Of a stretch of 64,000 nucleotides of DNA, positions 45,030-59,599 are shown piece by piece (the first letter of the stretch is position 1; each line of letters begins with the position of its first letter). The notes under the pieces are model-generated. The model searched no databases. It was not told the DNA's origin and saw only the letters and a program-made list of their open reading frames with translations. The position numbers and the translations under genes are program-made. This stretch comes from Schmidtea polychroa (Eukaryota). The stretch spans positions 80,826,397 to 80,890,396 of the forward strand of contig CM097887.1 of assembly GCA_044892525.1 (NCBI GenBank). The letters run 5' to 3'.

Positions 45030-46602
45030 CCTTTTGCTGCAAATAATGTATTTAATGAAAGAATTTTCGACTATACGATAGTCCTTGTCAATCTCCTGGA
45101 ATTTAGCAATGTTCTTCCCCAAAATACCTTTCAATCTTTCTTTGATTTCCTTTCTCTTAATTCTCATTGGTTGTAAATATAATGAATTGTTTTACTAAAA
45201 ACTTTTAAAATTTTTTACATTTAAAATTTCAAAATGACACAAACTAAAAATTTTTAAATTTTTTTACAGCTTCTATAATTAGCTTCTAGAAGCCTAATAA
45301 AATATTTGAAAATATTTTAAATAAAGCCTCCAATAACTACTTATATATGCTATTTAAATATTTCAATAAATGTGTCAATTTTGATTTTCAAACCCTATTT
45401 TTTAAAATTTTTTTTTATATTATTCTAATTATTACTTTTTAATTTATTCTATTTTTTTTAATTTCTTTATATATTGTCAGTTATTCTCAAAGTCAATGAC
45501 AACAGATCAAATTCATGATTTCATTGATTTCTTCTTTAGTGTTGATCTTTGGCTGTCTGTTTATGATGAGAATTGCTTCTTTGATTCTGACATTTTTCTT
45601 AACACAAAAATTAACACAAAAGAATCAGAAATATTTCTATCTGAATATCCCATTCATCAGTGACATACTCGACTTCAAGATCCTGAAAGAACTTAAACGT
45701 ACCGGTCTTCCAATTCGGATAGCACATAAATCTTGGACATTGAGAAGGGCTCTGGCAGGCAACATAAATAGAGAAAACAATTGCACAATGAAAAACTGCC
45801 AGACACCGAAAGATATGTGCTTTAGAAAAAACATCGTCTATTGCATCACGTGCAATGTATGCAATGAAATCTACATTGGAAGTACCCTCAGGACATTGCA
45901 CCAAAGAGTTAAAGAACATCTAGATCCTGGTGGAACATCCTCGTTGGGCAGACATCTCCGGCAGTGTCAGCCAACAGAAGAAAGAAAAAATATTTCAATA
46001 GAAATCATAGCTAATGGAAACATCCAAAAGAAAAATGTCAGAATCAAAGAAGCAATTCTCATCATAAACAGACAGCCAAAGATCAACACTAAAGAAGAAA
46101 TCAATGAAATCATGAATTTGATCTGTTGTCATTGACTTTGAGAATAACTGACAATATATAAAGAAATTAAAAAAAATAGAATAAATTAAAAAGTAATAAT
46201 TAGAATAATATAAAAAAAAATTTTAAAAAATAGGGTTTGAAAATCAAAATTGACACATTTATTGAAATATTTAAATAGCATATATAAGTAGTTATTGGAG
46301 GCTTTATTTAAAATATTTTCAAATATTTTATTAGGCTTCTAGAAGCTAATTATAGAAGCTGTAAAAAAATTTAAAAATTTTTAGTTTGTGTCATTTTGAA
46401 ATTTTAAATGTAAAAAATTTTAAAAGTTTTTAGTAAAACAATTCATTATATTTACAACCAATGAGAATTAAGAGAAAGGAAATCAAAGAAAGATTGAAAG
46501 GTATTTTGGGGAAGAACATTGCTAAATTCCAGGAGATTGACAAGGACTATCGTATAGTCGAAAATTCTTTCATTAAATACATTATTTGCAGCAAAAGGCT
46601 TA
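45030..46602 (+). mobile_element. Penelope-like element fragment: GIY-YIG endonuclease end, pLTR, start of the next ORF (46461), with a ~570-bp inverted copy
   Basis: NIVYCITCNVCNEIYIGST..RVKEH..IKEAILI..PKIN. 45030-45600 is the reverse complement of ~46028-46597. Both ends run into N gaps. Confidence 0.85.
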
Positions 46603-47147
46603 NNNNNNNNNNNNNNNNNNNNNNNNNNNNNNNNNNNNNNNNNNNNNNNNNNNNNNNNNNNNNNNNNNNNNNNNNNNNNNNNNNNNNNNNNNNNNNNNNN
46701 NNNNNNNNNNNNNNNNNNNNNNNNNNNNNNNNNNNNNNNNNNNNNNNNNNNNNNNNNNNNNNNNNNNNNNNNNNNNNNNNNNNNNNNNNNNNNNNNNNNN
46801 NNNNNNNNNNNNNNNNNNNNNNNNNNNNNNNNNNNNNNNNNNNNNNNNNNNNNNNNNNNNNNNNNNNNNNNNNNNNNNNNNNNNNNNNNNNNNNNNNNNN
46901 NNNNNNNNNNNNNNNNNNNNNNNNNNNNNNNNNNNNNNNNNNNNNNNNNNNNNNNNNNNNNNNNNNNNAATATCTTTACCAATAATAATGTTAATAAATA
47001 TAGCTATAGCTCATTCAAAGGGTCTTGCAGTGGGGTGTAACATGAGCTATCGTTTTATAAAATCGGATGATGGGAACACTAGTTTTTGGGGTGCCAAAAT
47101 GTAGGACTGCGACAGATCACTAATAATATTTTGAAAAATAATAATTT

Positions 47148-47265
47148 TGATGACTCATCGGATGAGTCAGTGTCTTTGTTCTAAAAATATGATGAGTCAT
47201 TGGGTGAGTCAGTGTCTTTGTTCTAAAATGTGATGAGTCATCTGATGAGTCATTGTCTTTGATCT
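47148..47265. repeat. Short tandem repeat rich in TGA(G/C)TCA (AP-1-like) motifs
   Basis: Six TGASTCA sites, including the palindrome TGACTCATC-G-GATGAGTCA; ~40-bp period GATGAGTCAgTGTCTTTGTTCTAAAA. Confidence 0.75.
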
Positions 47266-47309
47266 AAAAAATTTACCTGTGGGGGAGGGGAGGGGTATGT
47301 GATCTGGCG

Positions 47310-48500
47310 GAGTCCTGATTTGGTTGTGCCCAATCCATCTATTTTCTCTTCTTTGGATTTATCTAAAGCTTACTATCAAATCCAAGTTGAACCAGTTCAT
47401 CCCAAAAACCGCTTTAATAACACCGTTTGATCTATTTGAGTACACATTTATGCCTTTTGGATTACGCAACGCGTCACAGACATTTCAACGTCACATTGCC
47501 ACGGTGTTGTAAGTCCTTCAACGCCAAGTTACTTATGTTGATGACATTATTGATGCGTCTTCAAATATTGATAAACATAAGAATGACCTTTGCGAAACTC
47601 TATCTTGTCTTAACAAATATAATCTCCAACTTAAAATGGAACAATGCTCATTCTTTACATCGACAGTAGCTTTTCTGGGCTACTGAATCTCCCCGAGCGG
47701 TATAAAATCGCTTGAATCAAGATTAAAACCAATTAAAGATTTCCAAAGACCAGAAACCGTCACTGCCTTCATAGCTTCTTAGGAACTGTCAATTTTTGTA
47801 GGAAAATTAATCCAAACCTTTCACTATTAATAGTCCTTATTAACTATTCTGTCGCAAGGTCCGTAGAGTGTCAATATTCGCTGATCAGAAAACGCTGTTA
47901 GGGGTTTTCAGCTAATTAAAACCAGCTTGTCAGACATCGTCACACTTTATTTTCCAAATTCAAAATTACCTGCTAAACTTACAATAGATGCGTCAAATAT
48001 ATCTATTGGCGCAATTCTAACTCAGTTAAGAAATCATACACCTTGAATTTTCTAACAAAAGTTAAATTCCGTTCAAACTCACTACTCCACTTTTAATCGA
48101 GAACTTCTCGGACTACACCTTGCGGTCAAACATTTCGAACACCTACTCATAGGCAGAAAATTCACAATCGTCACAAGAGCGATCAGCTACCTCTCCGAAT
48201 TCTACATAAAAATCGAATATATTGCAGGTGCAAATAACTTAGTGGCAGATTGCTTCTCTTGCATCAAAATCTGAAACATCTCATTCAAGCCTCTGTTTAA
48301 CTTTTAGCACCACACAATAACCTGATAGATCAAAAGGAATTGAATACATTTAAAAACAACCAAATTCTCCGCGCTGACATACTCTCATACTCTCACAGAA
48401 TGTCAATAACCAGTTCTGGAGAAAGCAATTAGACCACTAGTATTCAAGGCAATTCACTAAATTACTCATTGTGGCGTCCGAGGAACCTCAAGGCTGTTTC
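47310..48500 (+). pseudogene. Degenerate Ty3/Gypsy pol remnant (RT/RNase H)
   Basis: KTALITPFDLFEYTFMPFGLRNASQTFQR, YVDDII-like and DASNISIGAIL motifs, with many stops. Confidence 0.85.
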
Positions 48501-49179
48501 TGTTTGGTTGAATGTTGTTCTGATTAGGTTTACGAATGTCCCTTTAGAGCCATAATGACATTACAAATGTACACTAGTAACCATGATAATGAACTTATGT
48601 TTAGCCCTAACGCTAAACTTAAGCAATTTTAAATCATATATAACTCGAGTCTTAATTTTTTAATAATCCAGTCATTCTGTGAATAATCTGCAAAAATAAA
48701 GTTATTGGAGTGACCTTGATTTTTTATGTTAATTTTATATTTTAATTTAATTTTTAAAAATTTATTAAATATTTAATACAAATTTTGATTAAAAATAACA
48801 ATAAAATTTTTTCAAATTTCACCACTGATTTCTTTTCACTTAAAAAAGCAGTCCCGAAAATTCGTGAATATCAAAAACATCGATATATTTACTGATTTAC
48901 TGAGTCAGGCTTATTTAATAAAAACAATCAAATTGAAATAAAACTGTTTATTTAAATGTCAAGGTCAAACTAAAGATGAAATACAATATATAGTTTTATA
49001 ATGAAAAATATTTTTTGTTTATTTGCATCAATTTCATCATTTCACAAACAGCCTTGCATTGTTTTGATTGAGTAAATTTCAGCCTATCGGAATCTGAACA
49101 AATTCAACAATAGACAATTGTAAGGATTGATAATGATTATATTAGCCATATTCATCAGTATTTCTGACATTTCAGTCAA

Positions 49180-52100
49180 ATGGCTATCGGTTGTGGTCCA
49201 AAAATTGCAAAGATTTTGCTTATTGTTTTTAACATCGCCTTTTGGGTATGTTATTGTATGATTTCTGAATCATTTTTGTTTAACTTTCCAGGCGACTGGG
49301 GTGATCTTGATCGTGGTGGCATCAATCTATATGGCAAACGGAACCATGAAGTATGTCGATGAGATACTCGACGCTTCGACAAATCGAAGCATTCTTATCG
49401 GAATACTGGTTATTGGAATTGTCATTTTCATCATAGGATTTAGTGGATGTTGCGGAGCGATTAAGGAAAGCCGAATGCTATTGGCCATTGTAAGATTTGA
49501 TGAGTTTGCAATTGAATGTAATTTGCTGTAATTTTCAGTACATTATTCTCGTCTGTTGCATTATTATCGTTGAGGTGGCATTCGGTATATTAGCGATTGT
49601 GAAACGGCAGCCGGTGAGTGGATAATTATTTGAGAAAATTGATAACGATGTGTTAGTTTGTATATTGGTGTGTGCATGTGTTTGTATTTAGTGTTGCTTT
49701 GCAATGAGATGTGTCGATTGTGACTATCGATTGCGGGTGTTGTGAGTACCAAGTCGCGGGGGATTGATAGGGGGGTATGTGACCAGGGTGTCCAATCAAT
49801 AATAAGAATTTGTCGGCATTCACTGATGCATTGCTGACTAATTCTCTATTTACTTTTAACGTCAACATTATATTATCACATGACTGATATTTGACGCGCT
49901 TTATTTAGAAATTCAACTGACTCCATTTGAGCATATCTTCATAACATCTGTTGTGACCGAGTAAGCTGTAGGTCATTTTAAGAGAACTTGAAAAACTCAA
50001 TTCAGTGTAAAATATAAATAAAATATCTGTATTTCAATTAGATAATTAAACTTTTTGATAATTATAATATTGCAAAAAGACGAATATTTAGGGGCGTTTT
50101 CCTTTTTTCCAATTTTATTGATTTATTTTTGCGAAATTTGATTGGTCGAAATTGATAAATTGAAATTAGACTTGATATAAAACATTTAAGATCGATAACG
50201 ATCTGACTTATCTTTCATGCATTTGGATCAATCGTATAACTGTCTTGGATTTATTTTTTTCCTGATGATGGTTTATTAGAAAAATTCTGGCTGTGCATAA
50301 TTTATGTTAGTAAAATGATTCTACTAATTTATCCTAACGTTGTAATTATTGATCAATGATCTTTTTCTATTATTTCTATTAATACTTATTTGCTTTTTAC
50401 TTTGATATGATTAAATAATTGCACATAATTATGTCATATTTTCATTATTGGGGAATTCGTTCGAATTTCAATCGAAATCCAATAAATAATACTACTGATT
50501 ATTGGAAACTGGGAATATCTAATTTGCCAATTGCAATCGTATTGAATGTGGAGTTGTCCAATAGTAGTTCGATATCAATCTAATTTTGACTGCATCAGTA
50601 TGAGATTGTGAATATAATGATTTGATTGGTTAAAATGTTCCCAAATGGTTTCCAATGATATCTCCAACATTCAAGGGACCTCTGGAAAAAGTCACTTGAT
50701 ATTTGTAGTTTTACTCTTTAATATTTTGATGAAAAACCACATTGCATCACCTGAGGGTCAGATAGAATTCAACGTTGTCTACAGCATTCGTTATTTGTTA
50801 GGTACATGACGGTTTTTCCTTGTATATTTCTTTGGAATTTCATTGGAATAATTTATCGGTTGTGAGTTCTATAGTTTGCGGGCAGTCGAGATAGAAGGAG
50901 GTCTAATTTTTGTATTTCCTTTGCTTTTCGCATAAACAGGCTTTTATACGATTTTGAATAATTATTGATATTTGCGGTCTCGCATCAGCGCATATAAAGT
51001 TACCATGAAAGAAATTGATATTTAAGGATACAGCTGTCCAATGCTTCGTTTACTCCCAGACATGTGAAACATTTTTATCTTATCAAATTATTCAGTACTT
51101 ACGTATTAACGCCACCGCAGCTACAGATTTGGCGGTTTTTAATCATAAAATAAAACACTTTATTTAAAAAAAAGTAGTCAATCGGATTTCGGTGGGAAAT
51201 GGGCCGATATAGAGTTGCATATGAACTCTGATAAATAACTCTGTCCACCTATGTCTCTTGTTCCTCAATTTAGCACTGCCCCACACTCTTTCAACTGTTT
51301 GTATATGAACGTCTGTATCAGGATCAATAAAATTATATTTATGATTAACTTTAGCATGTAGGAATCATTCTTTCTATTCTATTTGTTTGGTAACCTTTCC
51401 ACTAGAATAAATTGTACTACCATCTGCAATGTTTTCAATAATTTTATCAAGTCGGGTAGAGCCAGTTCTATTAGGAACAGTGACAACAAACGAATCTTTT
51501 GTTTCTCTACATATACCACTAAACACCCACTGTTGGGATAATACTCGACCACAATTATTTTTACGTTTATAGTAAACAAACTTTCATCAATTTCCACAAT
51601 GCAATCTGGTCCACCTAACTTTTTATTTGGTTTATTCTCCATATCCGAGACACATAATTCACGCATGTAATTGTTCCAATCTAAAACAGTTTTATCCGAT
51701 AAATCAAGTTGCTTTTCAGGAAATTTAATCGACGTCAACTCCTCGTACCAGGAGTATATGAATCTCAAAGATGAAAAAAATGGAATTCTGCTTCCCTCAA
51801 ACCAGTTGTATTTTCTAAGTCCCACTTACTGATTATATTTCCTAACCTTACGTTTACCAAAATAAAGTTTCATGTCATTGGAAATTGTACATTTTCGTTT
51901 TTTTAGTAAAATATTTCGCTCCTTAAAAAATAAAATTGCATCTTGTTCTGTTTTTGGCAAATCCCAAATACTCATATCGTAGCACTAAAAATGGCGTCAA
52001 AAATCACCAAACAACAAAGCAACAAAGAACAACAAGATTGTGGTGGCGTTGTGGTGGCGTTAATACGTTAATTCTGAATCTATTTTGTCAATTAAGCGTG

Positions 52101-54756
52101 ACAAATTGTGCCGATAAGTCAGTATTAAATAAAATATGTATGTTTATATAAAAATGGAATCCAACTTGGAAAATCTTTGTTGCAGTTGTTAAAATATTCC
52201 TTGACAAAATACAAAACCAAAAATTATTTGGAGTTAGTTGTAACTCTGGTGAAGAATTACATGGAAGTGCTTATAAAAGTTAAAGTCCTTGATCCTTTAT
52301 TTGATATATTCAAGGAAATTAGAGCGTATTAAGAACAACGCAAGTTATTGATATTTGAACGTCGCTACTAACTCAGTGGATTTAAATCTTGATGAAAGGT
52401 TATTTTAAGGCGAGTGCACATTTTAAAATATCACTGACCACACCATTAAAGCAATGTTTGTATGAAATTACGATCATTTTCTTTTTTTGGAAGTATAACC
52501 CAAGAATAAGATTCATTGTTACAAATTGAAAATTTTAATAAACTTTGAAATTGGTTTGTTTGTAACATAAATTTTCAATTTCATATACGAAAAGATAAAC
52601 AACATTGTGGCGCCCGAGGGTCAGGTAGAATTTAATGTTGTCTACAGCAGACGGGTGACAAAGGTTACAAGTACCAATCTGGTTATATCGATAAATAATT
52701 TTTTGCACCCACGTCAACATAAAATGCTGACATTTGCTTGTTTTGTGAATGCAAAATTCTGCTATGATAATGTTTAAATGTTATTCTAGTCTGTCATTCA
52801 CTATTATATGTGCTTTTATTATACCACACATTAATCACAATATCACAATAATAATAATATTGTTAGCAAATATATTGCTATTCAATAATTATTTAAGATA
52901 TTCCAAACCGGAACAATAAATCCTATTAATACTGATCCTATTACTCCTATTTATAGTAGTTACAGGGAGTGGTGAGCTGTGCAAAAAAACGACAAAGGGC
53001 TAGCAAAAAAAAATTAATATTTTCATTTTACGAAAAAAAAAGTTCTATATTTTGCGTTTTCCCATTAAAACAATAGAAATGTTAATTTGAAGTGAAGCGC
53101 AACTCATCTTTTAGGTCGAAAGAAAAGGAAACGCTAAGCACTTATAATTAGAGGAAAAGTATTGTGAAACTATGTACCAAATACATTCGGAAACACAACA
53201 GTAATTTTCCCCAGGAAACCTTGCCAAATTGTAATAATTTTTTGGAAAAAATTGACTATTGGGATGATTGTGTTTTGGTATAATTGGGATCAAAATTGTA
53301 AAATTTCTTACATATAGTAACACATTACTTAACATAAGTTTTACAAATTATAATGCTAGTGAATGTTCTGTACACACAAATGCTGAACATTTATTACATA
53401 GTTTTCGACATTTGCGATCTTGTTTACGAGTACAAAATGAACACCTACCACTTGTATCAGCCGTTAGGGTAAATTTGTATTCCAAACAGAATCTTTACAA
53501 TAAATGCGAACAGGATTCTTTTTTGTGATGAAATCGATTCAATGTGATATTAAATTATCACAATTCAAATAACTAAATGGCGAATACAGTAGGTTATAGA
53601 TTTAACAAAAATTTTCTAAAAAAATATGATGCTGGGATACACAATTACTCCATCTGGTCTTAGGAAAGTTAATGCATAAAATATTCGATTTATTATCATG
53701 ACTATAAGTTCCATTTGTCATGCGAAGAATTTGTAGTAATGAATCAGCATCAGTTGCAATAAGAACAGAATCCATTAACTTGCTTTGAAGTGCCATAAAT
53801 GAAAACAAATTCAAGTATACTTCATTCTGTAAATTTTGTTTATTACCTAGGAATTTTATACGGAAAACATAGTCAATTCAAAGCCAGCCAATATCTCAGA
53901 TGGGTAAAGAAATCACAGGATCTCAAATGGGCATATAGTGATCCAGTCATAAATAATAACTAAAGAAAGAGTTAGAATTTCTTTTTGTCAACGGCACATT
54001 GTGATGGGTTTGGAATTGTTTTTTGGTTTATTTCATTTTCTAAAGAATAAAGTATATTTGAATTTGTTTCGAAACAGTTTTCGGGACGCCAATAAATGAG
54101 GTAAACACCGGGACCTCTGACAACACTAATTATAGTCGTAATGAAAATAAATGAAATGTTAAAATTATTATTATTATTACTGTTTCTGATTATATTGTTG
54201 TTAATTATTATTAATTGTAATTATTTCCGTAATGTCAAATTCACATTTTCCATTGTCATTACTAGCTAGAAGATGCAATAAAGAAAGACTTCACGAACAC
54301 ATTCCAAAAGCTTTACGGCAACGATACAACAATCACAGTCAGTGTTAACAATTTGCAGCAAGTATTACGTGATAATCAAACTTTCGTATTTTTAATTTGT
54401 ATTTAGTTTATTCCGTGTTGTGGAGCGACACAACAAGTGGACTGGATCCAGTCCAATTGGTATAAAAAAAATAATTCTCAACCTATCCCAAGTTCATGTT
54501 GTAAGGTGATCACAGATCATTGTTGGGTGCCCGGTAATGGCACTTCGTTCACTGAGGGCTGCATTCCAAAGATTGAAGAATACGCTAAGAAATTTTTCCC
54601 CGTCATAATTGGAGTTGCACTTGGCATAGCCTGCTTTGAAGTATGTATTAAATGTAACAAGTTATGTCTATTATTAAAATTTTCATTCAGATATTCGTAG
54701 TAGTCTGCGCGTTTTGTGTGTGTCGGAATACCGTGAGCCACCGCCAGCGTGTTTAG
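49180..54756 (+). CDS. Tetraspanin paralog B, 244 aa (exons 49180-49245, 49292-49489, 49539-49613, 54266-54361, 54407-54640, 54691-54756)
   Basis: All junctions are GT-AG and phase 0. Four TMs, GCCGAIKES, EC2 CCG, PSSCC and GC motifs. Confidence 0.93.
51090..52078 (-). mobile_element. Merlin (IS1016-like) DNA transposon remnant inside tetraspanin intron 3
   Basis: Perfect 16-bp inverted repeat ACGTATTAACGCCACC near both ends. KLGGPDCIVEIDESLF, HIQTVERVWG and SYLSEF motifs. Confidence 0.85.
53105..53330. repeat. Dispersed repeat with an inverted copy at ~56972-57160
   Basis: GGTCGAAAGAAAAGGAAACGCT..GATCAAAATTGTAAAATTT is found reverse-complemented with few mismatches. Confidence 0.8.
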
Positions 54757-54851
54757 GGTATTCCCATTAAATGTTCACTTTTCTAGTGTCACTTTTACCT
54801 AAACTCTGAATCCTATAATTATTGCACATCTTTGGGCTGCAATGCTATGTA

Positions 54852-54922
<71 letters not shown>
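54852..54922. repeat. (TAT)n microsatellite
   Basis: Direct reading. Confidence 0.95.
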
Positions 54923-54923
<1 letters not shown>

Positions 54924-55426
54924 CATCATCAGTATTGCGTTCTCTATATTTAATATTATTTTCTTCTGTATGTTGATGTGTTATTCATTCGATTATGTAA
55001 TTATTATTTAGTTGATTGATAATTAAATTAAATGGACGGAAAAATTAACATTTTATTATTCCAAGATGTTGTCTACCGTTATTAATTTAATGATCAGATA
55101 TGGAGAATAGAATAATTATTAGTATTAATAGCGAGGATATGGAAAGTAATATAAAGTAACAACAAAACCTTCCCTTCATCCATATTATTCCTTTCTCACT
55201 ATATTAATTCTATTCAATGGGTTTTATATACACTTCAAAAATAATGGTGGAGTTGTGGTGGTCAGTCATTTGGGGCTAAATTAGTATGGACAATAGATAA
55301 AATATTTTAAGGATTTAATAATTATTAAAAATAGGATTTTGAAAGAGGAAAATTAAAAATAGTAATTAATTAATTATCAAAAATTTGTATTAATAAAATA
55401 AATTTAATATGAACAGTGAGAAAATT

Positions 55427-55714
55427 TTAGAAAGAAGACGACAAAAGATAACAATGAAGGAACATAAGATTAATTGGTAAAATATACTTATTAAATTCCA
55501 CATCTTTGTACAAAAAGTTTATGGTATTTTTGACATTAAATTTCATTGAATACGACTCTCCTGATTTCGGAATGTTTGGATATTTAATTGTGGTGGTGCC
55601 GTCCCCATTATTCAAGCACAATTGCTGATTTGAACTTGAAGTATTCATTGACTGCATGTCCTGTGATCTGAAGAGGGGTTGGAGTATCAGCAGCAGCTTT
55701 ACGAGATTTATCAT
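55427..55714 (-). CDS. Possible first exon of a small secreted host protein
   Basis: ATG with a hydrophobic N-terminus (MINLVKLLLILQPL) and ordinary composition. I could not build a consistent splice model. Confidence 0.25.
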   Translation of the reverse strand: MINLVKLLLILQPLFRSQDMQSMNTSSSNQQLCLNNGDGTTTIKYPNIPKSGESYSMKFNVKNTINFLYKDVEFNKYILPINLMFLHCYLLSSSF

Positions 55715-58007
55715 TTATAATGTACATTCGATATATAGATGATCCAAAAATTATTCCGATTCCAGAGTTATCAGAACATTTTTATTGATTAAAAAGATAA
55801 TTGAAAAAAGTTGATACATTTGTATATTAAAACAATGTATTTCAATTTTTTTAATTTAAATATGTATTTACCTCATTTTTTATTGTTTCACCTGCACTGG
55901 AGAAAATATTCAAGAGAGATCAAATTAGGAAACGTTAAAACAAATTTGTTCCAAACGATCGCGCAAATTTCGGGAACTCCCACCAATTCTCGTATCCTTT
56001 CATCAAAGATCAGTGCTGAGATAACCAAATAAACCCAGCATGTGGCAAGTTTAATTTGTAAAGACGGTTTGAATAATCGATTTCTATCTTAAACTAAAAA
56101 TAGTTTTAGCAGGAGGTTTACTAATAGTTGTACTAATAGTTATCATTTATTCTTAGTTGTGATAAAAAAAAGAAAGAGTAGTTCCAGAAAGATGAGTATC
56201 ACATTTTATGTACATAATTGTATTATATGTTGGGTATTTCATATTCCAATACTGGCAGGGAAATTACCATGGGATAGATAATCTAAGTTATTAAAAGAAT
56301 TGCCAAAAGTCAAAGTAACTAGATTCGTGACTATTGATATGTCGCTACCAAGTAAATGTAAAAATCAAAGCACAAAGAAATATTCCAACATACCCCAGTC
56401 ATTTTTAACTTCTCTCAGCACTTTATAAAAATTCGTTTAAATAATATGATCGCGTACTTTACTTCAATGAAAATTGAAATTTACTCATGACCAGAGTAAA
56501 GACAAGTAACATAAATATATTTTCCGTTCTATAAAACTTTTTGTATGATTAATAATTATTTTATAACTCTTAACTTCTCACACTTTAACATTCAATTTCA
56601 TCAACTTCCTGTTGTTTTCCGGTTACACATTTCTCACCATATGATGTCTGGTTTATATAAATTCCAGTAAGATTACTATTAACTCCAACCCCTCATGTTC
56701 TTGAATCAAAAAAATTAAACTGTAGTGATATTACGTAATGATTGCTGGAATTTGTTTTAAACAAATCCGCGATAGCTAGTAAATACATTAGAATTATCAA
56801 CGACAAAAGGTTTATTAACGTGTATCAGTTATAAAAACCGCAACGTAATATATGGAACACAATTATGATGTAAGATCTCGCAGGTCATCATAAAAAGATT
56901 TTAGCAATCAATACGTCATATGACTTCAAAATCCAAATAATATTGAATGTTTAATAAACTCACAACAAATTTTACAATTTTGATCCCAATTATACCAAAA
57001 CACAATTATCACAATAGTCAATTTTTTCCAAAATTTTTTTACAATTTGGTAAGGTTTCCTTGGGAAACTTACTGTTGTGTTTCTGAATGTATTTGGTAGA
57101 TAGTTTTACAATACTTTTCCTCTAATTATAAGTGCGTAGCGTTTCCTTTTCTTTCGACCAAAAAGAAATTTTGACTTTTAGAAAACGAGATGAGAAATGG
57201 TTTCCTTAGGAAAACCAGCTTAATCTGAAAGGATAATCTCTGCTTGTCAACTTTAAATTTTTCAATGTCAATTTGCTACCTGCTTCCACTTTTCCCATGA
57301 AATATCTTGATTTTTACTTACACAATTCAAGAAATTTTATTTTAATTAATTAGCCCAATCTTGGTGAATTTAGTGGCTCATTCAAAGCACCGTAACTCAT
57401 GAAATCGAGAGACCCATTCTTCCTCCAGAAATTTATTATTGCTCAAATATATTTAAAGAAGAAAACGAGTATTTATTGACAAATTTCATTTGCAGAATGC
57501 ACCAAATCTTAATATAAAAAAATATTTTAAAAAGTTTCAGTAAATTTTAATATATTTTTAAAAATAGTTTGTCATCAGATTTTGTCATAGGATAATCTTT
57601 TTGAAACTATTGTCAATTCTTTGTAGACATTCAAACTTCGTGGAAGAGGGTGAGCGCATTCATCAAAATAAGAAATTACCTTAACGAAAATTAATAAATT
57701 TCCAGAATATTGTTAGTAATACTATTTTTAAATTGAATGACATCTGCAATTGTGGTGAGAAAAATTCATCTCATTATATTTGTCAGACTTTGTTACAGAG
57801 GTACCCCACGTAAATGCAACCAGCATAGCGAAGATAAGTCGTTGGTACCCCCTTCAATCTGGTAATGTAATGAGTGAATAATATTTGTCTTGCTCATTCT
57901 ATTGTGATTAAAATTATTTATTATAAGATATCTAGTAGAATAATCAATGAAATATTAAATGTTAATTAAAAGATTGAAAATTCGTTTTTTTACTCAAATG
58001 AATCCAT

Positions 58008-58034
58008 AATAATAATGATAATAATGATAATAAT

Positions 58035-58097
<63 letters not shown>
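58008..58097. repeat. (AAT)n microsatellite
   Basis: Direct reading. Confidence 0.95.
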
Positions 58098-58098
<1 letters not shown>

Positions 58099-59599
58099 TT
58101 GAGATCTCAAAATTAATTGATTTCTCAAACTTCAATGATGGTTCTTATATAAATAATCAACAACAAGTCTGTTTAATCTGTGAATACAATTAAATTAATT
58201 AATTAAATAAATAAAAGTTAAATAAAATATTAAATGAATGTTTGTTGAGGTATGTGATATGCAAATTCGTGATGCTTACATTACTCAACGTTGAATAAAA
58301 ATCATCGTGGAGATTTCTTTAAATATTGTAAACAAATTGCATTGTTTATGAATTTAATAAATATTAGTATTTTATTATGGATGTTATAAATACCAAAAGT
58401 ATAACAACTAACATTCCATAACATAAAATTACCAAATAACAATTAATTCATTCAGTTCACTAACTTGATAGGTAATTATTTCCAAAATTTGAAAAAAAGA
58501 TGCTTGTTTTGTCGTTGTTATTATGTTACATTATTCGTGCTTAACTCATTACTTCCCATACCTTTCATTTTTTAAAAATCCGTAGTGCCAACGGCAAAGC
58601 TTGAATATACAAATAATTGAAGTTGATAAATGAATGTTTAGATTGTTGATAAATTACTAACTTTTAATTCATATGAATTCTTTTATTAAATTCACCGTAT
58701 TTTTTTACAATTGGTTTTTAATGTTGGGTTGCTTGAAAGCAACAATTGGAGTTAAAATTTGAATAGAACGTTTTTGTCTGATTTATTTTATTTAGACATT
58801 TTCCAGCTTATCTTAGAAAGGTCGCTTCCTATTGGAATAATTTTTGGGCGAATAGATTAAGTTTAGTACGCGTATTTGTACTTGTTTCGTTTAGTAATAA
58901 AAATTTTAATTAATTTTTTCACCGACTAAAATATAGATATTTGCTATCTAAAAATCTAAAGAACAATTGATTGAAGATCTGATGGCAAGTCATAACGTGT
59001 CGGGACACAGATTTTATGAGAATAGGAAACTCGGAAGATTTACAGAAATCCAAGGACGAGGATTCAATTATTTCTGACAAAGCTCGCAGCAAGTATTTTG
59101 CACCTGATTGTGGAGAATGTCTATCTCGGTTATCCTATAATGAAGATGTTGAAAATTTTGTTCTTTTCCTTCAAGCTTATCGATATAGGACAGTGGATAA
59201 AGATTGGGACTACCGGACAGATATTTTTTATTGAGCTGTGATTTTGCAGTTTGTCCTGATGACAAAGATGATTTTACCAAAAAATTAGAATTTTTAACAA
59301 GCTCGGATTGTAATATTTTTGAATAAATTAATATTTTTTCTTTAAAAAAAATTTCATTTCTTTTTCACCTGCTTTAAAATTATTAATTTTATATTACGTG
59401 TTATTAACGATGTTAACACCTTAAACGTGACATTAATGTTGTCTGAAAATAATATTAGAAATATTAATTACAGAATATATTAATTATTTCTATATTTTTA
59501 TTTATATGTACCCAAAAAATATGAACACGTCAATAAAGAAAATAATATTTACATAACGACACCAAAATAAAATAAGTGTTATTTACTCAGGCCGATATT

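Noticed and set aside
59016-59280. Short ORFs as a host exon or transposase piece
   Set aside because: No motif or splice model that I can support.
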